A stretch of DNA of 64,000 nucleotides, from assembly GCA_963792855.1 (NCBI GenBank), contig CAWBXZ010000001.1:65109-129108 (forward strand), written 5' to 3'. This document shows positions 28,535 to 36,614 of this stretch, piece after piece. Position 1 is the first letter of the stretch. Each line of letters begins with the position of its first letter. The DNA comes from an uncultured beta proteobacterium (GTDB taxonomy: Bacteria; Pseudomonadota; Gammaproteobacteria; Burkholderiales; Eutrophovitaceae). The position numbers and the translations under genes were made by a program. The notes beneath the pieces are model-generated. The model searched no databases, was not told the DNA's origin, and was given only the letters and a program-made list of their open reading frames with translations.

Positions 28535-28999
28535 ATGAAACCGTTTATCCGTTCGTTCCTGGGTGTGTTGATATGTATGGCTGGTCTGTCTTCGACCGGT
28601 TATGCGAAAGACGTGGTCGAGGCCGAGTTCCGCGCGTGCCCGACCGGTACCGCAATTGGCGACGTTCCGTCTTGCGGCAAGATCTGGAAGTTGGCTTCCG
28701 GAAAAGGATCCGTCGATGCGGACGGTACCCTGAAAATATCCCTCAAGGGACTTGTGCTCAACGACGAATCAGTCGGCGAGTTCAACGGCACGCCGGACGG
28801 CGTCGGTCACGTCGTCGGCGCAGTATTGTGCAGCGGAATGGTGGCGGCGCAAACCGAGTGGGTGGTGCTGGCCAAGAACGGTGATGTCAAGATCAAGGCG
28901 AAGCTGAATATGCCGGCAAGCTGCATCGCGCCGACTCTGGTCGTGCGCGAGGTATGGGAAGGCAAGGTTGGTGGCTGGTTGGCAGCCGCCGGTTACTGA
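28535..28999 (+). CDS. Secreted hypothetical protein (154 aa)
   Basis: It has a signal peptide (MKPFIRSFLGVLICMAGLSSTGYA) and an AAGGA SD-like sequence upstream. The mature part is Cys-containing. I recognise no family. Confidence 0.55.
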   Translation: MKPFIRSFLGVLICMAGLSSTGYAKDVVEAEFRACPTGTAIGDVPSCGKIWKLASGKGSVDADGTLKISLKGLVLNDESVGEFNGTPDGVGHVVGAVLCSGMVAAQTEWVVLAKNGDVKIKAKLNMPASCIAPTLVVREVWEGKVGGWLAAAGY

Positions 29000-29061
29000 A
29001 GCAGGCACACCCCAGGGCAAGAGCGATTTTTGCCCGGCCATGTGGGTTTTCAGCGAACAAT

Positions 29062-29108
29062 CGGGTCTGCCCCAAGTGTTACGGGCAGACCCGTTGCAGC
29101 GTTTTTTC
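29062..29108 (+). terminator. Probable rho-independent terminator
   Basis: A perfect 11-bp stem, CGGGTCTGCCC (29062-29072) with GGGCAGACCCG (29083-29093), encloses a 10-nt loop. The T-tract GTTTTTTC follows at 29101-29108, offset 7 nt from the stem base. It lies about 60 nt after the stop of the 28535..28999 gene. Confidence 0.5.
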
Positions 29109-29507
29109 AACCTGGACGCACCCGATTCGACCTGCCCCGCGAACACGGTCACTGTCTGGAAGCCCGTTTGGCAAAAAGGGTAGCGGGGTCTGCTGTTGCG
29201 AATGCGGCGCCGCGATCCGGAGGGGTCGGATTGCGGGGCTCAAACCATAGGATGTGAGCTGTGTTCGGCAGCGCCATTGCGGTATCACCGGGCTTGGCCG
29301 GTCAAGGGTTACCACGGCCGGATACGGTCAGGCGGAAAACACACTGTTTTTAGATGACATCGGGCGCCGCGGCATCGAGGCGCATGCACAAAGGGTGTGG
29401 ATCGGCGCATCCGACGCTATGGTCCCGGGGACGTATCGGGTAGCGGTTTTGCCGTTGCCGCATATCGAATATCATCAAGCGTTCAAACCCGACAAACAGG
29501 AGATGAC

Positions 29508-29802
29508 ATGGCCAAGGCTTACTGGATTGCTTTCTATCACTCGATCAGCGACGCGGATGCAATGGCGGCATACGCGAAACTGGCGGCACCGCGCGATCCA
29601 GGCCGGCGGCGGGCGCTTTCTGGTGCGCGGCATGCCGGCGAAAACCTACGAGGCGGGATTGAACCAGCGCACTGTGGTGATCGAGTTCGACAGCGTCGAG
29701 CAGGCCATCGCCGCGCACGACAGCCCCGGTTACCAGGAAGCGCTGAAAGCCATGGGCAATGCCGCCAAACGTGACATGCGCATTGTCGAGGCGGTGAACT
29801 GA
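29508..29802 (+). pseudogene. DUF1330-domain protein, frame broken near 29589-29595
   Basis: MAKAYWIAFYHSISDADAMAAYAKLAAP (frame of ORF 29397..29774, with a GGAG SD) continues in the frame of ORF 29254..29802 as AIQAGGGRFLVRGMPAKTYEAGLNQRTVVIEFDSVEQAIAAHDSPGYQEALKAMG. There is one surplus base in gca ccg-c-gcg atc. Confidence 0.7.
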
Positions 29803-29842
29803 CCGAGGAGAGTGGTGGCGGGGCTGGCAATGCCCCGGGCGT

Positions 29843-31012
29843 TCAACGTTTCAGTTGCTTCGCGAACCAGACGGCAAGCAGCAGCAAAGCCAGTCCGGTG
29901 ACGACAAAGGCCGGAGTGTATCCAACCGCAGCAATGGCCCGGCCGAACAGTGCGACGCCTATCGCCTGGCCGCAGAACAGGCTCAGCGCGAACGCCGATA
30001 TGGCTGTGCCGCGTGCCTGCGGATACATCTCGGTGGCTTTCGTCTGCAAGGTGTTGTGAAGCATGTAGAAGCCGAAACCGCCAACCATGCACAGCGGCCC
30101 GACGAGCGGCCACCCGGGCGAGAACGGCAGACACAGGTAGAACACGAGGAGAATGAGGGCGCCGCCCACCGCAAACGCGGATTCTCCCAATCGCCTTAGC
30201 AACCAGCGAACCATTACGCTGTAGATTACGCCGCCAAGGCCGAAACCCGCCAGCATGGCGCCAATAGCAAGATAGGACAGTTCAAACCTTTCCTTGAGCC
30301 AGGCGCCGGTATAAGCGAAGGTGCCGTAGAACAGCGTCCCTTCGATAAATACGGTGAGCAGCACGGTACGCACCCAGGGCACCCGGAGGATTTCGACGTA
30401 AGTGCGCAAAATGTTCTGATGACGTGGTGTCGCCCGCGATACCTCCTTTGCGTCTGACTCGCGCTTGCGTTCCAGGCGATCGAGTCTGAACAGCGCAACG
30501 CTTACCGCCAGGAATGCCACGGTCAGTACGTAAAAGACTTCGCGCCAACTTAGCCACTCGGCCATCGCGCCGCCGAGAGCGGGTCCGAGGATCTGTCCCG
30601 TGAGAATAAAACCGATGAAACGTCCCAGCACTGCCTGACGGTCTTCATAGGCGGTGTGGTCGCCGATCCAGGCGATCGACACCGGGATGATGCCCGCGGC
30701 GCCGATGCCGGTGATGAAGCGCAGCAAGGTCAGCTCCGGTAGCGCAGGGGCGAGAGCCGAACCGAGAGATCCGAGGCACGCAATGGACATGGCGATGGCG
30801 ACCGTGCGCAAACGTCCGATGCGATCACCCAAAGGCCCGTGGACGATCTGGAACAGGCCATAAGCCAGAGTGAACGCGGTGACGACGATGGACGCCACGG
30901 TCGGTGCCACGGCGAAGTCCTCGGCAATGGTCGGCAGCAAGGCGTCGAACAAACGCAGGTTGGCCCCGGAGATGAATGCCGCGGCCGCGAGAGCGAAGAA
31001 GGCGGGTTTCAT
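29843..31012 (-). CDS. MFS transporter
   Basis: From MKPAFFALAAAAFISGANL the protein has 12 predicted TM segments and GDRIGR-type MFS motif A (HGPLGDRIGRLR). The longer track ORF (to 31255) has an implausible N-terminus. Confidence 0.8.
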   Translation of the reverse strand: MKPAFFALAAAAFISGANLRLFDALLPTIAEDFAVAPTVASIVVTAFTLAYGLFQIVHGPLGDRIGRLRTVAIAMSIACLGSLGSALAPALPELTLLRFITGIGAAGIIPVSIAWIGDHTAYEDRQAVLGRFIGFILTGQILGPALGGAMAEWLSWREVFYVLTVAFLAVSVALFRLDRLERKRESDAKEVSRATPRHQNILRTYVEILRVPWVRTVLLTVFIEGTLFYGTFAYTGAWLKERFELSYLAIGAMLAGFGLGGVIYSVMVRWLLRRLGESAFAVGGALILLVFYLCLPFSPGWPLVGPLCMVGGFGFYMLHNTLQTKATEMYPQARGTAISAFALSLFCGQAIGVALFGRAIAAVGYTPAFVVTGLALLLLAVWFAKQLKR

Positions 31013-31282
31013 GTTGCGGCCGCCTTGCGATGGATGACTGGCATGATGCATGTTACGACGGTTCTGCCTGCTTCTGCCGGGAGGACGATTGGCGGTGAAT
31101 GCCCCGGGATGGGGCAGCAACACCGCTGCGGCATTGCAGGTTGCTGCTTCGGCATTAGAATGGACCGTGTTTGCAGGTATCGCTGGCGGGATGCTGGCTT
31201 TCGCGGTCCGGTGCTGATTGAAGTGCCGCCGGCATGCCCGCCTGAAGTCCTGCAATGCAATGTCCGTTCACTGGAGAAAAAC

Positions 31283-32044
31283 ATGAACACACAGACTGCT
31301 TCTGCCGAGAAACCCCTGGCGCGCCGCATTGTGCTCATCGGGCTCGTCGTCGCGGTGCTGGCAGTGCTCGCCGCCGTGCTTTCCGGGATCGGTTACCGGC
31401 TGGACCTGTGGCATTTCCGAACCGGCATACAAATGATCAAGTGGTCGTTCTATGCCGCGGCCGCGGCCGTCGTGCTGTCGTTGATCGGGCTGGCCTTGTC
31501 GCGCAAGTCGCGCCCCGTCGTTGTGATGAGCGTGCTCGGCATGGTCATTGGCGGCATCATGATTTATATCCCGTTCAGCTGGAAACAGGCGCTGGATGCC
31601 TATCCGTATATCCATGACATCACGACCGACATGGATAATCCGCCGCAGTTCATGGCAGTGGCCACCTTGCGCGGACCGGGAGATCACCCGGTTACCTACG
31701 ACGGGCCGGAAGTGGCGGCCCAGCAAAAGCAGGCCTATCCGGACTTGCAGCCGCTGGTTTTCGATGCTGGCACGGATGAGACATTTGCCGCAGCGAAAAA
31801 AGTACTCGACAGCATGGGGATGGAGATCGTTGCCGCCAACGCGGGCGATCTCCACATAGAAGCCACCTACACGACCTTGTTGTACGGATACAAGGATGAC
31901 ATGGTGGTGAGAATTACCGAAACCGACGACGGCACGCGCGTTGACGTACGTTCCAAGTCGCGGGTCGGGCGCAGTGACCTGGGCCAGAATGCCAAACGCG
32001 TCAGGTCCTTCTTGAGCCGGCTCAAGGACGAATTGCCAGGTTAA
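31283..32044 (+). CDS. DUF1499-domain membrane-anchored protein
   Basis: It has N-terminal TM helices, then IHDITTDMDNPPQF and VDVRSKSRVGRSDLGQNAKRVRSFL, which match DUF1499 as I recall it. A GGAGA SD lies before the ATG at 31283. Confidence 0.75.
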   Translation: MNTQTASAEKPLARRIVLIGLVVAVLAVLAAVLSGIGYRLDLWHFRTGIQMIKWSFYAAAAAVVLSLIGLALSRKSRPVVVMSVLGMVIGGIMIYIPFSWKQALDAYPYIHDITTDMDNPPQFMAVATLRGPGDHPVTYDGPEVAAQQKQAYPDLQPLVFDAGTDETFAAAKKVLDSMGMEIVAANAGDLHIEATYTTLLYGYKDDMVVRITETDDGTRVDVRSKSRVGRSDLGQNAKRVRSFLSRLKDELPG

Positions 32045-32086
32045 GCAGTGCCAGGGTCGTTACCCGTACCCGGCCCGGACAAATCG

Positions 32087-32500
32087 CTACAGCGGATCGA
32101 TGACGAGCGGCTCGCGGTTGGCCAGCGCGAGCCATCCGCGGCCGATGCGATAAATGACCCACACGCCGACGCCGACGATGAGTGCCCACGCGAATGGAAT
32201 TCCGACAATGGTAAGGAAGACCATCAGCGCCACCAGTGCCCATAAGGCAGCAAACCAGAAAGTGCGGATCTGCCAGCGAAAGTGGGATTCCAGAAACGTG
32301 CCGCGAGCGTCCGACTGCATGGCGTAATTGATGATCACCGCCACAATCGACGGGATGCCGAAGATGAATGCGCCGACGATGGTGGCAATGCTGCTGGCCC
32401 CGATCAGTACGCTCAGCGCGTGCAGTCCGTATACGACATGAGTGGTCGTGACCAGTGAGTCGGGAGGTCTGGCCGTCGCCGGCGCCGTATTATCGTTCAT
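32087..32500 (-). CDS. Small integral membrane protein (COG3671-like)
   Basis: 137 aa with 3-4 TM segments. It carries HVVYGLHALS...INYAMQSDARGTFLESHFRWQIRTFW. It lies directly downstream of the GMC oxidoreductase. Confidence 0.5.
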   Translation of the reverse strand: MNDNTAPATARPPDSLVTTTHVVYGLHALSVLIGASSIATIVGAFIFGIPSIVAVIINYAMQSDARGTFLESHFRWQIRTFWFAALWALVALMVFLTIVGIPFAWALIVGVGVWVIYRIGRGWLALANREPLVIDPL

Positions 32501-32524
32501 TCGTTTTTCTCCTTGCGCTGCGGG

Positions 32525-34153
32525 TCAGGCAACCGCATTGTCCTCGCGGATAAATTCAGCCGCCCGTTCGGCGATCATCATTGTCGGGGCATTGGTGTTG
32601 CCCGATGTAATGCGTGGCATCACTGACGCATCGACGACGCGAAGATTGGCGATGCCGTGCACGCGAAGACGCGAGTCCACCACGGACATGCCGTCTTCTC
32701 CCATTTTGCAGGTGCCGACGGGATGAAAGATCGTGGTGCCGAGATCGCCGGCGGCGCGCATCAGTTGCTCTTCGGTCGCGACCTCCGGGCCGGGCAGGAA
32801 TTCTTCCGGGTGGAACCGCTCGAGCGCCTTTGCCGCCATGATACGGCGGGTAAACTTGATCGAGTCGACCGCGACCTTTCTGTCCTCGTCCGTAGACAGG
32901 TAGTTGAGCTTGATCTGCGGATGCCGGTACGGGTCCGGGCTCTTGATCCGGACATGGCCGCGGCTGGTCGGCCGCAGGTTGCACACCGACGGTGTAATGG
33001 CCGGGAACGGGTCGAGCGGATCTCCGAACTTGTTGAGCGACAGCGGCTGTACGTGCCATTCGATGTTGGCGGAAGGTTGCGACGGGTCGCTCTTGGCGAA
33101 GGCGCCAAGCTGTGACGGCGGCATGGTGAGCGGGCCGGTCCGCGATACCAGGTACTCCAGTCCCATGGCCATCTTGCCCAGCAGCGTGCCGGCGCGGTCG
33201 TTCAGCGTAATGGTGTTGCTGACCTTGTACTGCATGCGTATTTGCAGATGATCGTGCAGGTTTTCACCGACGCCGGGCAATTCATGACGGACATCGATCC
33301 CGTGAGCGTGAAGCAGGGGGCCTGGCCCGATCCCGGATAATTGCAGAATCTGAGGCGAGCCGATCGAGCCTGCGGAAAGCAGGATCTCGCGTGACGCTTT
33401 GAAAACGCCGCTTTGCCCGCCATCGATGCGCACTTGCACACCGGTGGCGCGCCTGGTGCCGTCTCGCGTGTCAATGTGAAGCCGCTCGACGTGGGCGCGA
33501 TTGACGATGGTGAGATTCTGGCGGTGCCTGACGGGTTTCAGGAAGCAGCGCACCGCATTCCAGCGCACACCGTTGCGTTGATTCATCTGAAAATAGGCGT
33601 TCCCGAAATTGTCTCCGCGATTGAACTCGTCGATCCTGGGTATGCCGCATTCCTGCGCAGCGTCGCGCCAGGCATCGAGTATTTCCCAGTTCACCCGCCG
33701 CTCCTGAACCGGCAGTTCACCGCCGGCGCCGTGGAATTCATCGGCGCCGTGCACATAGTCTTCCATGCCTGTGAAATAGGGCAGCACGTCGTCCCAACCC
33801 CAGTCGGGGTTGCCACTGTCGACCCAGCTCTGGTAGTCGCTACGCTGGCCCCGCATGTAAATCATTGCATTGATCGAGGTGCAGCCGCCCATGACCTTGC
33901 CGCGCGCATAGCCGATGCTGCGCCCGTTCAGCCCGTCATCGGGTTCGATGCGATACATCCAGTCGGTGCGTGGATTGTTGATGGTGTAGAGATAGCCGAC
34001 GGGAATCGGAATCCAGAAATAGTTGTCCCCGGCACCGGCTTCGATCAACAGCACACGAATGTTCGGATCGGCGCTGAGCCGGTTCGCCAGTACACAGCCG
34101 GCGGAACCGGCGCCAATCACAATGTAGTCGTACGTGCCCAGCTTGTCGGCCAT
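32525..34153 (-). CDS. GMC-family FAD oxidoreductase (choline/alcohol dehydrogenase-like)
   Basis: The start MADKLGTYDYIVIGAGSAGCVLANRLS follows AAGGAGG. It also has ...GGCTSINAM... and a C-terminal HPVGTCKMG...VVDASVMP. Confidence 0.85.
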   Translation of the reverse strand: MADKLGTYDYIVIGAGSAGCVLANRLSADPNIRVLLIEAGAGDNYFWIPIPVGYLYTINNPRTDWMYRIEPDDGLNGRSIGYARGKVMGGCTSINAMIYMRGQRSDYQSWVDSGNPDWGWDDVLPYFTGMEDYVHGADEFHGAGGELPVQERRVNWEILDAWRDAAQECGIPRIDEFNRGDNFGNAYFQMNQRNGVRWNAVRCFLKPVRHRQNLTIVNRAHVERLHIDTRDGTRRATGVQVRIDGGQSGVFKASREILLSAGSIGSPQILQLSGIGPGPLLHAHGIDVRHELPGVGENLHDHLQIRMQYKVSNTITLNDRAGTLLGKMAMGLEYLVSRTGPLTMPPSQLGAFAKSDPSQPSANIEWHVQPLSLNKFGDPLDPFPAITPSVCNLRPTSRGHVRIKSPDPYRHPQIKLNYLSTDEDRKVAVDSIKFTRRIMAAKALERFHPEEFLPGPEVATEEQLMRAAGDLGTTIFHPVGTCKMGEDGMSVVDSRLRVHGIANLRVVDASVMPRITSGNTNAPTMMIAERAAEFIREDNAVA

Positions 34154-34199
34154 GCGTCCTCCTTGGATACTTGTTGCTCTTTGCTGCGCGGGAATCGTC

Positions 34200-34646
34200 T
34201 CAGTGCTTCCTGGTGGTCTTGTCTTCCGGCGCGATCCAGGCATCGGCGAACATTTCGGCAAGGCTGTCGAGTTTCGTCGCTTCCAGGTAGATCGAGAACA
34301 CCACTGACGAGGAAATCGTCGCCGGCGAGCCCGGGCCCGTGCGCCTCAGTTTGCCTTCAAGGACGACGTGGCTGCGCATGGGCCGGCTCACCCTGAGCGC
34401 CAGTTCCTTGTTGCTCCTCGGGTTCCCCAGTGTCGCATCGTCACGTTCCCCGCGTGCCATCGCGTAGAGTTCTTCGATAAACCGTTCCGCCGCTGATCCG
34501 CGCACCCACACGTCCTGCTGGTCGCCGGTGAACCCGGCGCCGTAAACCGTCACTCTCAGACGCAGGTCCCCTGCGCCTGGCATGTCGGCCGCGACCGGTT
34601 CGTGCACTTCGATGTCGAGATAGGACTCTGCGTTGCCCAGTCTCAT
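34200..34646 (-). CDS. Hypothetical protein (148 aa), first gene of the GMC operon
   Basis: Only the last 148 codons of track ORF 34200..35777 have protein-like composition (MRLGNAESYLDIEVHEP...FIEELYAMARGERDDATLG...FSIYLEATKLDSLAEMF). There is no obvious SD and I recognise no family. Confidence 0.45.
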   Translation of the reverse strand: MRLGNAESYLDIEVHEPVAADMPGAGDLRLRVTVYGAGFTGDQQDVWVRGSAAERFIEELYAMARGERDDATLGNPRSNKELALRVSRPMRSHVVLEGKLRRTGPGSPATISSSVVFSIYLEATKLDSLAEMFADAWIAPEDKTTRKH

Positions 34647-34994
34647 CGGCGTTGCGTGCGGTATTGAATCATTTCGGTCATTGTTCCATCTCTCGTGTGA
34701 GGCTTGCCGGTGGCTGCCGTTTCGGCGAGTGCTCTGGCGGGCAAGCAAACCCTGGCCCGGCGTGGAGTAACAGTCAGCCACAGTATAAATGAGGGCAAGT
34801 CGGCCTGTATCGCGCCTCCCAACGAAGGCGCGCATGCGTTTGTGACGGTAGAATGCGGCGGGTTGGCCAGGCTGGCGGGCGGCAGCCGCCGCGAGCGGCG
34901 GCTTGCGAGTCCCGTACCCGGGCCGGGTGCTCTCTCTGTGGAGCTTCAGTGCACCCGAAACCGCAGGCGTGATGAAACGAACAATAAACCGGTA

Positions 34995-35795
34995 ATGACC
35001 CAGACTGTGCTTGAACTGAACGACATCGCTTGCACTTTTCCAGGGCGTGACGGAGCTGCTTACACGGCGGTGGCCGAAGCCAGTCTCGTTGTAGCCGAAG
35101 GTGAATTCGTCTCGCTGGTCGGGCCCACAGGCTGCGGAAAATCGACCTTGCTCAATGTCGCCGCCGGTTTGCTCGCGCCGACAGCCGGCTCGGTCAGGAT
35201 CTTCGGCCGGTTGCTGGACGGCATCAACGAACACGCCGGCTACCTGTTCCAGAGCGACGCGCTGTTGCCGTGGCGCACTGCGCGCGAGAACGTGATGGTC
35301 GGGCTCGAATTGCGCGGTGAGCAGAAACACAAGGCGAGGCAGAGCGCCGATGCCTGGCTGGCGCGGGTGCACCTGGCCGGGCATGGCGACAAGTACCCGC
35401 ATGAGTTGTCGGGCGGCATGCGCAAGCGCGTGGCACTGGCGCAAACGCTCGTCATGAACCCGAAGATCCTGTTGATGGACGAACCGTTCTCCGCACTGGA
35501 TGTGCAAACCCGCAGCCTGATGGAAAACGAGTTGCTCGATTTGTGGTCGCAGGATCGCAAGTCGGTGGTGTTCGTTACGCATGATCTTGAAGAAGCCATT
35601 TCGCTTTCGGACCGGGTGGTGGTGCTGTCGGCCGGGCCGGCGAGCCGCCCAATTGGCGAGTTTCCGATTCACTTGCCGCGCCCGCGCGATGTTTCCGAGA
35701 TCCGGATGACGCCGCAGTTTCTTGAGTTGCACAGGACCATCTGGGACGCACTCAAGGTGGAAGTGCAGAAAACGCACGCGAAGGCAGGTGTTTGA
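34995..35795 (+). CDS. ABC transporter ATP-binding protein (NitT/TauT nitrate/sulfonate/taurine family)
   Basis: It has Walker A (GPTGCGKST), the signature LSGGMRKRV, and Walker B (LLMDEPFSALD). The start is MTQTVLELNDI. Confidence 0.85.
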   Translation: MTQTVLELNDIACTFPGRDGAAYTAVAEASLVVAEGEFVSLVGPTGCGKSTLLNVAAGLLAPTAGSVRIFGRLLDGINEHAGYLFQSDALLPWRTARENVMVGLELRGEQKHKARQSADAWLARVHLAGHGDKYPHELSGGMRKRVALAQTLVMNPKILLMDEPFSALDVQTRSLMENELLDLWSQDRKSVVFVTHDLEEAISLSDRVVVLSAGPASRPIGEFPIHLPRPRDVSEIRMTPQFLELHRTIWDALKVEVQKTHAKAGV

Positions 35796-36568
35796 TGTTG
35801 CGTCGGCGCATCGCGGTGTTTCAGGTTCTGTTGCTGGTTACATTGTTTGTGATCTGGGACCTTCTCACGCGGACCGAAATTCTTCCGCCCTTTTTCTTCG
35901 GCGAACCGCTGGTCGTGCTACAGCGTGTTTGGGAATGGTTCAGCGGCGGCACGATCTACAAGCATCTGGCGGTGACGCTGGTTGAAACGCTGTTGGCATT
36001 TGTGATCGGCACCGTCGCTGGCCTGGTTTTCGGACTGTGGCTGGCGCTGTCGAAAACCGCGTCGATCTTGCTCGACCCGTATATCAAGGCGTTCAATTCG
36101 ATGCCGCGCGTTATCCTGGCACCGATATTTGCGGTGTGGTTCGGCCTCGGTATCTGGTCCAAGGTGTTGCTTGGCGTGACACTGGTTTTCTTCATCGTGT
36201 TTTTCAGTGTCTATCACGGCGTGCGCGAAGTGAACCCCGTGCTGGTAGCGAATGCACGAATGCTGGGCGCTTCGAAGAGGCAGTTGTTGCGCTACGTTTA
36301 TATTCCGAGCGCGACCGCCTGGGTGTTTTCCAGCCTGCATGCCGCCGTTGGCATGGCTTTCGTCGGCGCGGTAATCGGTGAATACCTGGGGTCGGCCCGA
36401 GGCGTGGGTTACCTGATTCTGCAAGCCGAAGGCGTGTTCGACATCAATACCGTATTTGCCGGCGTGCTGGTGCTCACCGTGTGCGCCTTGTTGCTCGACC
36501 GCATCGTCACCGTAGCCGAAAGGCGCCTGCTGCGATGGCGCCCGGGGCAAGTTGGCAGCCAGGGCTGA
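35792..36568 (+). CDS. ABC transporter permease (NitT/TauT family)
   Basis: 258 aa with 6 TM segments. Its start overlaps the ATPase stop (ATGA). It has the EAA-like loop region ...ANARMLGASKRQLLRYVYIPSA. Confidence 0.8.
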   Translation: MMLRRRIAVFQVLLLVTLFVIWDLLTRTEILPPFFFGEPLVVLQRVWEWFSGGTIYKHLAVTLVETLLAFVIGTVAGLVFGLWLALSKTASILLDPYIKAFNSMPRVILAPIFAVWFGLGIWSKVLLGVTLVFFIVFFSVYHGVREVNPVLVANARMLGASKRQLLRYVYIPSATAWVFSSLHAAVGMAFVGAVIGEYLGSARGVGYLILQAEGVFDINTVFAGVLVLTVCALLLDRIVTVAERRLLRWRPGQVGSQG

Positions 36569-36614
36569 CACACTGCCGGCGAACCGGACCAGCACCATTT
36601 CTGACAGGTAAAGA

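Noticed and set aside
34647-35777. N-terminal 377 codons of the 525-aa track ORF 34200..35777
   Set aside because: This part is antisense to the ABC ATPase gene and has shadow-ORF composition. Only the last 148 codons (34200..34646) look protein-like.
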